This document shows, in pieces, positions 16,725 to 25,084 of a DNA stretch of 64,000 bases; position 1 is the first letter of the stretch; each line of letters starts with the position of its first letter. Origin of the DNA: an uncultured Alphaproteobacteria bacterium. Lineage in GTDB: Bacteria > Pseudomonadota > Alphaproteobacteria > Rhizobiales > Xanthobacteraceae. The stretch covers positions 58,497-122,496 of the forward strand of contig CAWGJM010000045.1 of assembly GCA_963822795.1 (NCBI GenBank), read 5' to 3'. The position numbers were made by a program, and so were the translations under genes. The notes beneath the pieces are model-generated. The model was not told the origin of the DNA. It made no database searches and worked only from the letters and a program-made list of their open reading frames with translations.

Positions 16725-17563
16725 CAGATGAAGGCGTAGCGCAGAACGATGGCAAGCCGGGCAAGCTTGTTGATACGGACCGGAGCCCGTGGCGCCGAAA
16801 ATCCCCGCGCGACCAGCAATTCCAGGATCGCCCGATAATATTTTGACATGATCCGTGGCGCGCGCACCAGGCGGCGCGGATGGCGCGCCATGACTTCGTC
16901 GGCCTGTTCGAAATGCGTGCGTGCCCGCGCAACCAAGGGCGCACAGACCTTCGGCAGGTGCGGATCGGCCGCAACCTTGAGCGGGTCGGTGCCGGCAATT
17001 CCCGCGTCCTGCAGGCCCTCGCGCGGCAGGTACAGCCGGCCGATCGCGGCGTCCTCGTCGATGTCGCGCAGGATATTGGTCAATTGCAGCGCGCGGCCGA
17101 GATGGTGCGCCAGCAGGATGCCGTCATCGGCGGGAACACCGAACACCCGCACCGACAAGCGTCCGACCGCGCTTGCGACGCGATCGCAATAGAGGTCGAG
17201 GGTGGCAAGATCGGGCGCGCGGATATCCTGCGGCACGTCCATTTCCATGCCGTCGACGATGGCGAGAAAATCGGCGCGCTGCAAGTCGAATTTTTTGACC
17301 GAAGCGACGTAGTCGCGCAACCGCTGCGGCGGATGGCCCTGATACAGCGCATCGATATCGTCGCGCCACTGCTGCAGCGCGGCCAGCCGCTCGCGCCGCG
17401 GGCCGTCGGAATCGGCGATGTCGTCGACCTTGCGGCAGAAGCTGTAGATCTGGAACATCGCCTCGCGCTGCTCGCGCGGCAGGATGCGCATCGCCGCGTA
17501 GAACGAACTGCCGGACGCAGTCGTGCCGTAATTGGTGTCCTCTGCCACCGCATCGAGCGTCAT
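16724..17563 (-). CDS. hpnD: Presqualene diphosphate synthase
   Basis: Squalene/phytoene synthase family with Asp-rich CRKVDDIADSD. ATGA overlap with hpnC. Confidence 0.85.
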   Translation of the reverse strand: MTLDAVAEDTNYGTTASGSSFYAAMRILPREQREAMFQIYSFCRKVDDIADSDGPRRERLAALQQWRDDIDALYQGHPPQRLRDYVASVKKFDLQRADFLAIVDGMEMDVPQDIRAPDLATLDLYCDRVASAVGRLSVRVFGVPADDGILLAHHLGRALQLTNILRDIDEDAAIGRLYLPREGLQDAGIAGTDPLKVAADPHLPKVCAPLVARARTHFEQADEVMARHPRRLVRAPRIMSKYYRAILELLVARGFSAPRAPVRINKLARLAIVLRYAFI

Positions 17564-18438
17564 GCGCCGGCCGCCGGTTTGGACACGGGCCGCCGTCCCG
17601 ACGCGCGCCGGACGATCTCACCTGCGACGCCGCCCAGGCTAAAGGCCAAGAGCTCGACCGGGCCGAGATGCACCCGCTGGCTCAAGGGGTCGCGCACCTT
17701 CAACAGGCCCACGATCCGATCGGCGAACGACTGGATCACCGAAATCTCGATGCCAAGCCGGAAGTCCTTCACCTCGGCGCTGAGCGATTTGCCTTGGTCG
17801 AGCAGCGACTGCGTCCGCGCCGCCAGCGAATGCAGGCATTGCAAAAGCGGAGCCGGAGCCTTCTCGAGCCCCAGCGCTTCGACCGAGGCGCCTGCGGCTT
17901 CAAGCGCGTCGCGCGGTAAATAGACGCGGTTGAGGTCGCGAAAATCCTTGCCGCAGTCCTGCAGGTGATTGTTGATCTGCAGTCCGGCGCAGAGCGCATC
18001 CGACGCCGCCCAGGTCGACGTGCTCTCACCATGGACGTCAAGCATGAAGCGCCCGACCGGCATCGCCGAATAGCGGCAATAATGGATCACCTCGTCCCAG
18101 TTCTCGTAGCGGAGCTTGCTGACGTCCATCCGGAACGCGATCAGGACGTCGAGCGCATGGCGCGGCGGCATCGAACGCTCTGCCAGCGCGCGCCGCAAAT
18201 TCACTGCCTCGGGCTGGCTGTCGCCCTTGCCGAGCAGTTCCGCTTCGAGCAGATCGAGATAAGCGAGCTTGTCGGTTGCGGCCAGCGTCGCGTGGTCGGC
18301 GATGTCGTCGGCGGTTCTGACGAAATTGTAGAACGCAAGGATCAGCGCCCGGTGGCGCGGATGGATGATCCACGACGCCACCGGAAAGTTCTCGTCGCGG
18401 TGTGTCTTGCCGGATCGCAATTCGCTCGCGGTCGTCAT
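17560..18438 (-). CDS. hpnC: Hydroxysqualene synthase
   Basis: Squalene synthase family (ENFPVAS...VRTADDIADH). Start set at the ATG at 18436-18438 (MTTASELRSGKTHRDENFPV); the longer track ORF has a non-coding-like N-terminus. Confidence 0.85.
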   Translation of the reverse strand: MTTASELRSGKTHRDENFPVASWIIHPRHRALILAFYNFVRTADDIADHATLAATDKLAYLDLLEAELLGKGDSQPEAVNLRRALAERSMPPRHALDVLIAFRMDVSKLRYENWDEVIHYCRYSAMPVGRFMLDVHGESTSTWAASDALCAGLQINNHLQDCGKDFRDLNRVYLPRDALEAAGASVEALGLEKAPAPLLQCLHSLAARTQSLLDQGKSLSAEVKDFRLGIEISVIQSFADRIVGLLKVRDPLSQRVHLGPVELLAFSLGGVAGEIVRRASGRRPVSKPAAGA

Positions 18439-18489
18439 CAGCAACTGGCTACTACATTTGTCCGGACAGGTCGGCCCGAACGCCGCCAT

Positions 18490-18533
18490 CCTTCGCGCAC
18501 GCGAAGGGATCGATATTCCCCATATAGGGGAAT
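18490..18533. promoter_or_regulatory. Two adjacent inverted repeats upstream of hpnC
   Basis: CCTTCGCG-CA-CGCGAAGG (18490-18507) and ATTCCCC-ATATA-GGGGAAT (18515-18533), 52-95 nt upstream of the hpnC start. Confidence 0.2.
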
Positions 18534-18623
18534 ACGTTGCCAAAACCAATGCTGTCTGCGAGTGCGAAGCATCCGGACCAAGCCCGTCAGCGGGACCGCG
18601 GGCCGGCTCATGGCCGCCGTTAA

Positions 18624-18863
18624 TTACTGCCCGTGGGTCTTCAACACCTGGTTGCAGGCCTCGGAGATCTTGGCACGATTTTCCTTCAGGCACGCCAGGA
18701 CCGTGAAATCGCCCTGATCGATCACCGGACGACAGTACTTCTGCACGTCGCGCGTACATGCCTTTTGTTCCTCGGGCGTGCCGCTGCGCTGCGCGTCTTC
18801 GGCCAAGGCCGCGGTTGAGAGGGAAACCGACAATAGACTAAGGGCCAGGAAAAATTTACGCAT
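18624..18863 (-). CDS. Small secreted cysteine-containing protein (79 aa)
   Basis: Signal peptide MRKFFLALSLLSVSLSTAALA, then 4 Cys in a helical-looking mature part (CTRDVQKYC...LACLKENRAKISEAC). Confidence 0.65.
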   Translation of the reverse strand: MRKFFLALSLLSVSLSTAALAEDAQRSGTPEEQKACTRDVQKYCRPVIDQGDFTVLACLKENRAKISEACNQVLKTHGQ

Positions 18864-19356
18864 CTTGTTCCTTCATTCTACGGCAGAGGATTCCACCTCG
18901 GATCGCGGCAGGCAATTCCGGGACGGAATGTTCGGATGGCACGCCCGCGAACCGCGAGCGGCGAGTTGAAAGCACAAGCGCCGGTAAATGCGGCCGAATT
19001 TACGGCGGCCCGCAGCCAAACGACGGCCTTCAGGAGGGCCGTTCATTGGCACAGATAAGCTTTTGACACTAGGGCATTATTCGCCAGCAACGTATTTTCG
19101 CAATTGGCTGTTGCAAGCAAGCACCGTCAGCCATTACATGCACGATCGCGAAGGCAGGTGAATTCCGCAGCTTTTCGAGAGGTGCCGTATCGCTGCATGC
19201 CGGCCGTCCGGCCCGAACGACGCAACGGGCAAGGCGAAGGTTGGCTGAAGGCTTGGTCCGTCATTTGAACCTAACATTCTGCGGCGACACTAAATCTTCG
19301 ATGCGGCGAGAAGTTGCCTTGAAAATCAGAACGTCGTTTTGGATGGGAAACCCGAT

Positions 19357-19863
19357 ATGAGATTGTTTGGCTCTAGTCTGTTTGGACAGGCGATCAAGGC
19401 AGCCGGCGTCGGCGCCGCGCTGATGCTGTCGGTGTCGGCAGGACATGCCCAGGGCGCGACCGGGCCGTTCGCCGGCTTCGACGGCGCATGGTCCGGCACC
19501 GGAACCGTTGCGCTGTCCGACGGCTCGACCGAGCGCATCCGCTGCAAGGCGGACTACAAGGTCAACGGCACTGGGATGGCGCTGAAGCAAAGCCTGCGCT
19601 GCGCCAGCGACAGCTACAAATTCGATTTGACCAGCGACGTTACCTCGAACGGCGATCGGATTTCCGGCAACTGGAGCGAGGCCAGCCGCAACATCTTCGG
19701 CAACCTGCAGGGCACCGCCGGCGGCGGCCAGATCGAAGTGTTCGTGGAGGCCAATGGCTTTGCCGCCAACCTCACTTTGCGCACCACCGGCAACAAGCAG
19801 ACCGTGCAGATCAACTCCAAGGGCGAGATCAGGGGCGTGAACATCACGATGGTTAAGGGCTGA
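19357..19863 (+). CDS. Secreted hypothetical protein
   Basis: MRLFGSSLFGQAIKAAGVGAALMLSVSAGHAQG signal, then a beta-rich mature part with two Cys. No family recognised. Alternative start at 19339. Confidence 0.6.
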   Translation: MRLFGSSLFGQAIKAAGVGAALMLSVSAGHAQGATGPFAGFDGAWSGTGTVALSDGSTERIRCKADYKVNGTGMALKQSLRCASDSYKFDLTSDVTSNGDRISGNWSEASRNIFGNLQGTAGGGQIEVFVEANGFAANLTLRTTGNKQTVQINSKGEIRGVNITMVKG

Positions 19864-19916
19864 CGCCCGCCATCTGCCACCACGTCCCTTGCGGCTTTTT
19901 TGTTCCTGATTTTTCA

Positions 19917-19949
19917 AGCCCCGGTTCTGAGCAAATCAGAGCTGGGGCT
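19917..19949 (+). terminator. Imperfect hairpin at the convergent gene junction (overlaps the MMPL stop codon)
   Basis: AGCCCC...TCTGA-GCAAA-TCAGA...GGGGCT followed by TTTGGTTGTT. Could terminate the 19357-19863 transcript. Confidence 0.3.
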
Positions 19950-22317
19950 TTGGTTGTTCGCTTGCGCTGGGCTTGCGGATCCGTTCGGAAAGATTGATCA
20001 GAAACATCGCGGTCGGCCGCAGGATGAAGAGGTCGGCAAACAGCGCCGAGATCATCGAGAACGCGCTCAGCCAGCCGAACAGACGCAGCGACGGCAGGTC
20101 GGAAAACACCGTCACCACCAGGCCGCAGGCCAAGACCACCGTGGTCAGGATCAGCGCCGGGCCGACCAGCACGGTGGCGCGCTCGACCGCGATCGCCGAA
20201 CTGACGCCGGGTTTTCTCTCCAGCCGCAGCCGGTTCAGGAAGTGGATCGTGGCGCTGAGCCCCAGGCCGAACGACACCGTCAGCGCGACGACACTGGCAA
20301 ATTGCAGCCCCTCCCCGAGCAAATATAGCAACGTGCCCGACAGCACCACGGGGAAGATGCCGGGCAGGATGCAGGCGAACATCACCACCCAGGATCGGAA
20401 CGCAAGGCCAATGAACATCGCAACCAGCGCGAACTCGATAGTGAGCCCGCGGTTCAGCTTCTCGATCATGCTGGCCGAGTTGCGCGCGGCAATCGCGGAA
20501 AGGCCGGTGACGGCGATCTCGTAACCGGGATGGGCCGCGCGCACCGCGTCGAGCTCATGATCCAGCTTCTCGACAACGGGCAGAATCTGGCTGGAATCGA
20601 GGTCCGGCACCCTGCCCGCGACCACGACGGCGTCCTGATTGGCGTCGATGAAACGCCGCACCAGGTGCTCGGGGATCACGTTGACGTATTCCTTCAAGGT
20701 CGCGACATCAGAGCTTCCGGCCTTTTCCGCGAGCCACCGGCGCAGCGTCTCCAGCGACCAGACATTGCCGACGCCGGCCGCGTGCTCGACGGTTGCGTGA
20801 ACATCGGCGATGGTCTGCAAGGTCTCGGGCGAATAGAGCGATTCCCCCTTGGGGAATTGGATCAGCACGTTGACCGGATTGGCGCCGGTCAGCTTGGCAT
20901 CGAGCCGTCCGCTTGCCGCGACCGCCTGCTGCTTGTCGGGTACCTGGTCGGCGAGCCGGTAGCGCGGCTGCAGGTTGGCATAGACGGTGGCGAGGCCGGC
21001 GACGAACAAAACCGCGATCAGGCTGAACAGCCCGGGGCGGCTGACCATGCGCACCGCAATCCAGTAACAAAAATTGCGCAACGCTTGGACGCCGGCGTCC
21101 GCGCTCTGGAACTTGACGGCAAAGACTTTCTCATTGCGGACGAACAGGACCCCGAACACCGGCACCAGCGACAACACCGCAATCAGCGCGATGATGGTGG
21201 CGGCAAGCCCCGCCTCTCCGAACTTGCGGATCAGGTCGGAATCGGAAAACTGCAGCGCGATGAAGGAAATGCCGGCGGTGCCGTGGGTCAGCACGCAAGC
21301 CGGCCCGACCACGAGCACGGCGTTCTTGAATGCGGTATATTTGTCCTGGCCCGCGATCAGGCGATCGCGTGCTGCGAAGGTGAGCTGCATCGAATCCGAG
21401 AAGCTGATCACCATGATCAGCGGCGTCATCACGTTCAGGAACATGTTGAGGTTGAAATTGGCCCAGCCGAGCCCGCCGAGCGCGAGCAGGATGGCGATCA
21501 TGGGTGGAAACGCCGCCACCACCATGAACGATATCTTGCGGAAGAAGATGATCGCGATGATGCAGCCGGCGAGAATGCCGAGGATGTTGTAGGTCAGCCC
21601 GTCACGCTCGACCGCTTTGCGGATTTCGAGCTGCATAACCGGAACGCCCGACAACTCGACGTTCAGCCCGGTATCCCCGAGATCCTGCTTCATCAGCTTG
21701 CGGAAATCGCCGACCACCGTGCCGAGCTTGCTGCCGGAGACCACGTCGGGATCCAGCGACAGCACAATCAGCGCCAGCGTTCCGTCTTCGGACAACAATT
21801 TGCCACGAATGATCTCGTTGCTTTTGACGGTCTCGATGAACTTATTGTAGTCGGCGCCTTGCGGCAGCTCGGAGGGAAACAGCGCCGCCGGCAATTTGCC
21901 GGGCGCCGGCGCTTGCCGCGCCGAGAACAGCGAAACGATGCCGCGCGTCCCGTCGACGAGCTGTAGGTCGGTGACGAAATCGCGCAGTTTTTCCAGATTG
22001 TCGCGCGCCAACAGGTTCTTGCCTTCGGCGACGACGAGTACGTCGAATTCCTCCGCCGGGAACTTCTTGGTGACGTCTTCGTACTGGCGGTATTCCTTGG
22101 TGTTGGAGCGGAACAACTGGCTGAGCGAATCGTCGATCTTGATCCGGTCGATGCCAAACACCGCGCCGATGATCAGCCCGACCAGGACGATGCAGGACAG
22201 AATCGGCGCCTGAACCGCGATCAGCCCGATCCGCTCCAGCCCGAAGGCGATGCTCTTGGCCGGCGGCGCCTCGACCATCTCGACATGGATTTCATTGTCG
22301 CGAGTTTTTTCGAGCAT
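19936..22317 (-). CDS. RND/MMPL-family exporter, second HpnN-like paralog
   Basis: 793 aa with two TM bundles and two large loops. Same overall architecture as hpnN but clearly divergent in sequence. Confidence 0.75.
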   Translation of the reverse strand: MLEKTRDNEIHVEMVEAPPAKSIAFGLERIGLIAVQAPILSCIVLVGLIIGAVFGIDRIKIDDSLSQLFRSNTKEYRQYEDVTKKFPAEEFDVLVVAEGKNLLARDNLEKLRDFVTDLQLVDGTRGIVSLFSARQAPAPGKLPAALFPSELPQGADYNKFIETVKSNEIIRGKLLSEDGTLALIVLSLDPDVVSGSKLGTVVGDFRKLMKQDLGDTGLNVELSGVPVMQLEIRKAVERDGLTYNILGILAGCIIAIIFFRKISFMVVAAFPPMIAILLALGGLGWANFNLNMFLNVMTPLIMVISFSDSMQLTFAARDRLIAGQDKYTAFKNAVLVVGPACVLTHGTAGISFIALQFSDSDLIRKFGEAGLAATIIALIAVLSLVPVFGVLFVRNEKVFAVKFQSADAGVQALRNFCYWIAVRMVSRPGLFSLIAVLFVAGLATVYANLQPRYRLADQVPDKQQAVAASGRLDAKLTGANPVNVLIQFPKGESLYSPETLQTIADVHATVEHAAGVGNVWSLETLRRWLAEKAGSSDVATLKEYVNVIPEHLVRRFIDANQDAVVVAGRVPDLDSSQILPVVEKLDHELDAVRAAHPGYEIAVTGLSAIAARNSASMIEKLNRGLTIEFALVAMFIGLAFRSWVVMFACILPGIFPVVLSGTLLYLLGEGLQFASVVALTVSFGLGLSATIHFLNRLRLERKPGVSSAIAVERATVLVGPALILTTVVLACGLVVTVFSDLPSLRLFGWLSAFSMISALFADLFILRPTAMFLINLSERIRKPSASEQPKPQL

Positions 22318-22562
22318 GCCCCTGTCCCGTTCTCACATCGGCTCAATATTTACGGCTTAAGTATTTTAAGGGCGCACTTCAAGCCACCGCGGCGACCGTC
22401 GGATCGAAGCGCGGTGGCCGGTTTGGGTCGGCGCTAATCCTTGAAAAAATGCGGAAAATCGCGCGGGCTAGTTTAACAGGTCTAAACTCGGTCTCGCAAG
22501 CGCGGCCGACAGGGGCAAATCGACGCGTATTCGATCGTTTCCGGTCGGAAGGCGCGATTCGG

Positions 22563-23351
22563 TCATCCCGATTTGGGCTTATCTTCGATGCGGGGCAAGG
22601 TTTCGCCGCTTTCATCCTTCAGCGCCACGCCGGTAACCTGACGCATCAGGCCTTGACGAACAAGCCACGCAATCTTGAACGCGGCTTCGTCGTAACCGAG
22701 GCCGGCGCTGTGGATGTTGGAGACACAGTTCCGCTCGGCATCGGTACGGCCGACTTTGGGCGCGAACGTCAGATAGGCCCCAAGGCTGTCGGGGGCGGAC
22801 AGGCCTGGCCGCTCGCCGATCAGCATCAGCGCCATGCGAGAACCCAAGATCTCGCCGATCTCATCGGCGAGCGCCACGCGCGCACCTGACGCGACCACGA
22901 CATGACCAATTTCGATTTTCGCCGCACCCAGTCGCGCAAGCAGCGCGCGCATCAATTCAATGGCGTGCGCATGAACCGCGGTCGGCGACAGGCCATCGCC
23001 GATCACGATCGCCAACGGGTTAGCAGCCGTCCCGCCGCTCTCCGCGAGAAGCTGCACCGAGGCCTGATCAAGCCTGCGGCCGAGGTCGGGACGCCTGAGG
23101 TAATCCTTGCGATCCCCGGCGCGGCTGCAAACACCGAGCGCGCCAAGCGAAAGTCCGCCGAGGGCTGAGATCAGGGCTTTCGCATCGAAGGCAGCATGAA
23201 CGGCGTCGCGGGCGCGCGCATGATCGAGCGTGAAGTCGAGCAACGCCGCGGTCGGCAGCCCCGCGCCCGAGCGGCCCAGCGCCACGCGCGCGGGCGTCAA
23301 CTCCCGAAGGTCCGTGATCGATCGGGACGGTGGCATCTGCGGGGTCCCCAT
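22563..23351 (-). CDS. eutC: Ethanolamine ammonia-lyase small (light) subunit
   Basis: 262 aa. The typical EutC sequence ([15 protein letters not shown]...[12 protein letters not shown]...SLGAYLT) recognised from memory. Confidence 0.85.
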   Translation of the reverse strand: MGTPQMPPSRSITDLRELTPARVALGRSGAGLPTAALLDFTLDHARARDAVHAAFDAKALISALGGLSLGALGVCSRAGDRKDYLRRPDLGRRLDQASVQLLAESGGTAANPLAIVIGDGLSPTAVHAHAIELMRALLARLGAAKIEIGHVVVASGARVALADEIGEILGSRMALMLIGERPGLSAPDSLGAYLTFAPKVGRTDAERNCVSNIHSAGLGYDEAAFKIAWLVRQGLMRQVTGVALKDESGETLPRIEDKPKSG

Positions 23352-23354
23352 GGA

Positions 23355-24941
23355 TTACTCGGCCGGAACCGAGGCTTCGCGCAGCCTGAGCGAATAGTTC
23401 GAGGCGTTCTGCCGGCCGCTTGAGGCTGCGCGCGCGAACTGGATCAAATGATGGGCGATCATCGCGCAGGAGATCAGACCCTCGATGTCGCCGCGCCGCA
23501 GGCAGGAAAGCGCGAACTTCCAGAACACTTTCCGGTAATCGCCGCGCACGCCGACCTTCCAGAAGATGTTGCGGAGCATGATCAGGGCGCGCCTGATATT
23601 CTTCCAGCTCTTCATCTCAGGATTGACCGGCACTTTCAGCCGGTTGGCATAGGTGAAGTCGACCAGGTACTGATAGCGTGCATAGAGCTTTTCCGGCTGG
23701 TAGGCGATTTCCATGCATCGCTTCCAGGAATTGACGACCTGATCGTAGGGCAGCAGGAACTCGACATTGGAGTCGCGGCTTTCGTCGTGATTGAGCCGGT
23801 TGTCACGCTCCAGGCGATCCCATAGCGGCGTCTTGGGCAGTGCCTGCAACAGATTGATCGTCAACAGCGGAATCCTGGATTCCTCGACGAACGCGAGCAG
23901 CGCGTCGCCAGTATCCGGCTTGTCGGTGTCGAGCCCCATGATGATGCCGGAGACGACCTCCATCCCGTAGGAATTGATGGTGCGGACGCCCTCCAGGATC
24001 GGGACCATCATGTTGTGGTCCTTGTGCATCGCCTTCAGCGCGTCGGGATCGGGAGTCTCGATGCCGCAGAAGACGGTGATGAAGTTCGCCTCGCGCATCT
24101 TCTCCAGGATCTCCGGCCGTTTCGCGATATTGAGCGTCGCCTCGCAGGCGAGCCGCATCACATAGCCGTGCCTCTTCTGCCACTCGATCAGGTGCGGCAG
24201 CAGATCGAGCGCCGCCTTGCGGTTGCCGATGAAATTATCGTCGACGAAATACACCGTGTCGGTCATTCCGCATTCGCGCAACCGGTCGAGCTCGGCAATG
24301 ATCTGTTGCGGCGTCTTGATGCGCGGATTGCGCCCGTAAAGTCCGGGTATATCGCAGAACTCGCACTGATACGGGCAGCCGCTCGAATACTGGATGTTGC
24401 CGAGGAAATATTTTTTGACCTCGGCCAGCTCATAGGCGGGAATCGGAAACTCCGTCATCGGCAGCCGATCGACGGTCTCGAGCTTGACCTGTTGCAACGG
24501 GCGCGAGGTGTCGCGCGAAAGCCGCGCGATCAGTTGGTCGGTGGCATCGCCGAGTTCGCCGACATGCAGAAAGTCGAACGAGGGATAGTAGTCCGGACAA
24601 GCGCTGACGGACGGGCCGCCGATCACAACCGGCAGATCGAACGCGTGCGCGCGGTGGCAGATTTCGTTCATCTGCTGGCGCTGGATGTGCATGCCGGAGA
24701 CGAACACCGCTTCGGCCCATTCGAAATCTTCGCGGGTGGCGGGGCGGATGTTTTCGTCGACGAAGCGAACCGGCCAGCTCGCCGGCAGATAGGCCGCGAT
24801 CAGGAGCAGCCCCTGCGGCGGCATGAAAGCCCGGACGCCGTCGGTCAGGGGATAGGCGTATTCGAACGTGCCAAAGGAAGACGTGTAACGCGGAAACACG
24901 CACAGGATGCGCCGAACCGTTTGGATGCCCTCTGCCCTCAT
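23355..24941 (-). CDS. hpnP: B12-binding radical SAM enzyme, hopanoid C-2 methylase HpnP-like
   Basis: N-terminal cobalamin-binding-domain-like region (ILCVFPRY...LLLIAAYLP), a SSGCPYQCEFC radical-SAM cluster motif and a long C-terminal extension. It lies near the hopanoid locus. Start set at the ATG at 24939-24941 after AGAGGAAG. Confidence 0.75.
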   Translation of the reverse strand: MRAEGIQTVRRILCVFPRYTSSFGTFEYAYPLTDGVRAFMPPQGLLLIAAYLPASWPVRFVDENIRPATREDFEWAEAVFVSGMHIQRQQMNEICHRAHAFDLPVVIGGPSVSACPDYYPSFDFLHVGELGDATDQLIARLSRDTSRPLQQVKLETVDRLPMTEFPIPAYELAEVKKYFLGNIQYSSGCPYQCEFCDIPGLYGRNPRIKTPQQIIAELDRLRECGMTDTVYFVDDNFIGNRKAALDLLPHLIEWQKRHGYVMRLACEATLNIAKRPEILEKMREANFITVFCGIETPDPDALKAMHKDHNMMVPILEGVRTINSYGMEVVSGIIMGLDTDKPDTGDALLAFVEESRIPLLTINLLQALPKTPLWDRLERDNRLNHDESRDSNVEFLLPYDQVVNSWKRCMEIAYQPEKLYARYQYLVDFTYANRLKVPVNPEMKSWKNIRRALIMLRNIFWKVGVRGDYRKVFWKFALSCLRRGDIEGLISCAMIAHHLIQFARAASSGRQNASNYSLRLREASVPAE

Positions 24942-25050
24942 TCTACTTCCTCTGCCAATCACCAAGCAAAACCTTGTAAATCCTTACGAAATCAGGTTCA
25001 GCTACAATTTGCTCAACATTGTGGCAGCGGTATTATTCTGGAGCGCTTCT

Positions 25051-25084
25051 AACGTTGAGACGTTCGTTTGGTTGCTGCGGTTCA
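25051..25084 (-). promoter_or_regulatory. Imperfect EcfG-like promoter candidates upstream of hpnP
   Basis: The minus strand reads TGAAC-N17-CGTC and GCAAC-N16-CGTT, overlapping each other. They start at the eutB stop codon, about 110-140 nt upstream of the hpnP start. Confidence 0.2.

Noticed and set aside
18439-18759. N-terminal 107-codon extension of the hpnC track ORF, overlapping the small Cys-protein gene
   Set aside because: The composition looks like non-coding sequence. The squalene-synthase homology begins at MTTASELRSGKTHRDENFPV (ATG at 18438).
22383-22418. 9-bp-arm hairpin GCCACCGCG-N18-CGCGGTGGC between eutC and the MMPL gene
   Set aside because: No T-run on either strand and no similarity to the other repeat families. 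I cannot distinguish a terminator from a chance GC palindrome.
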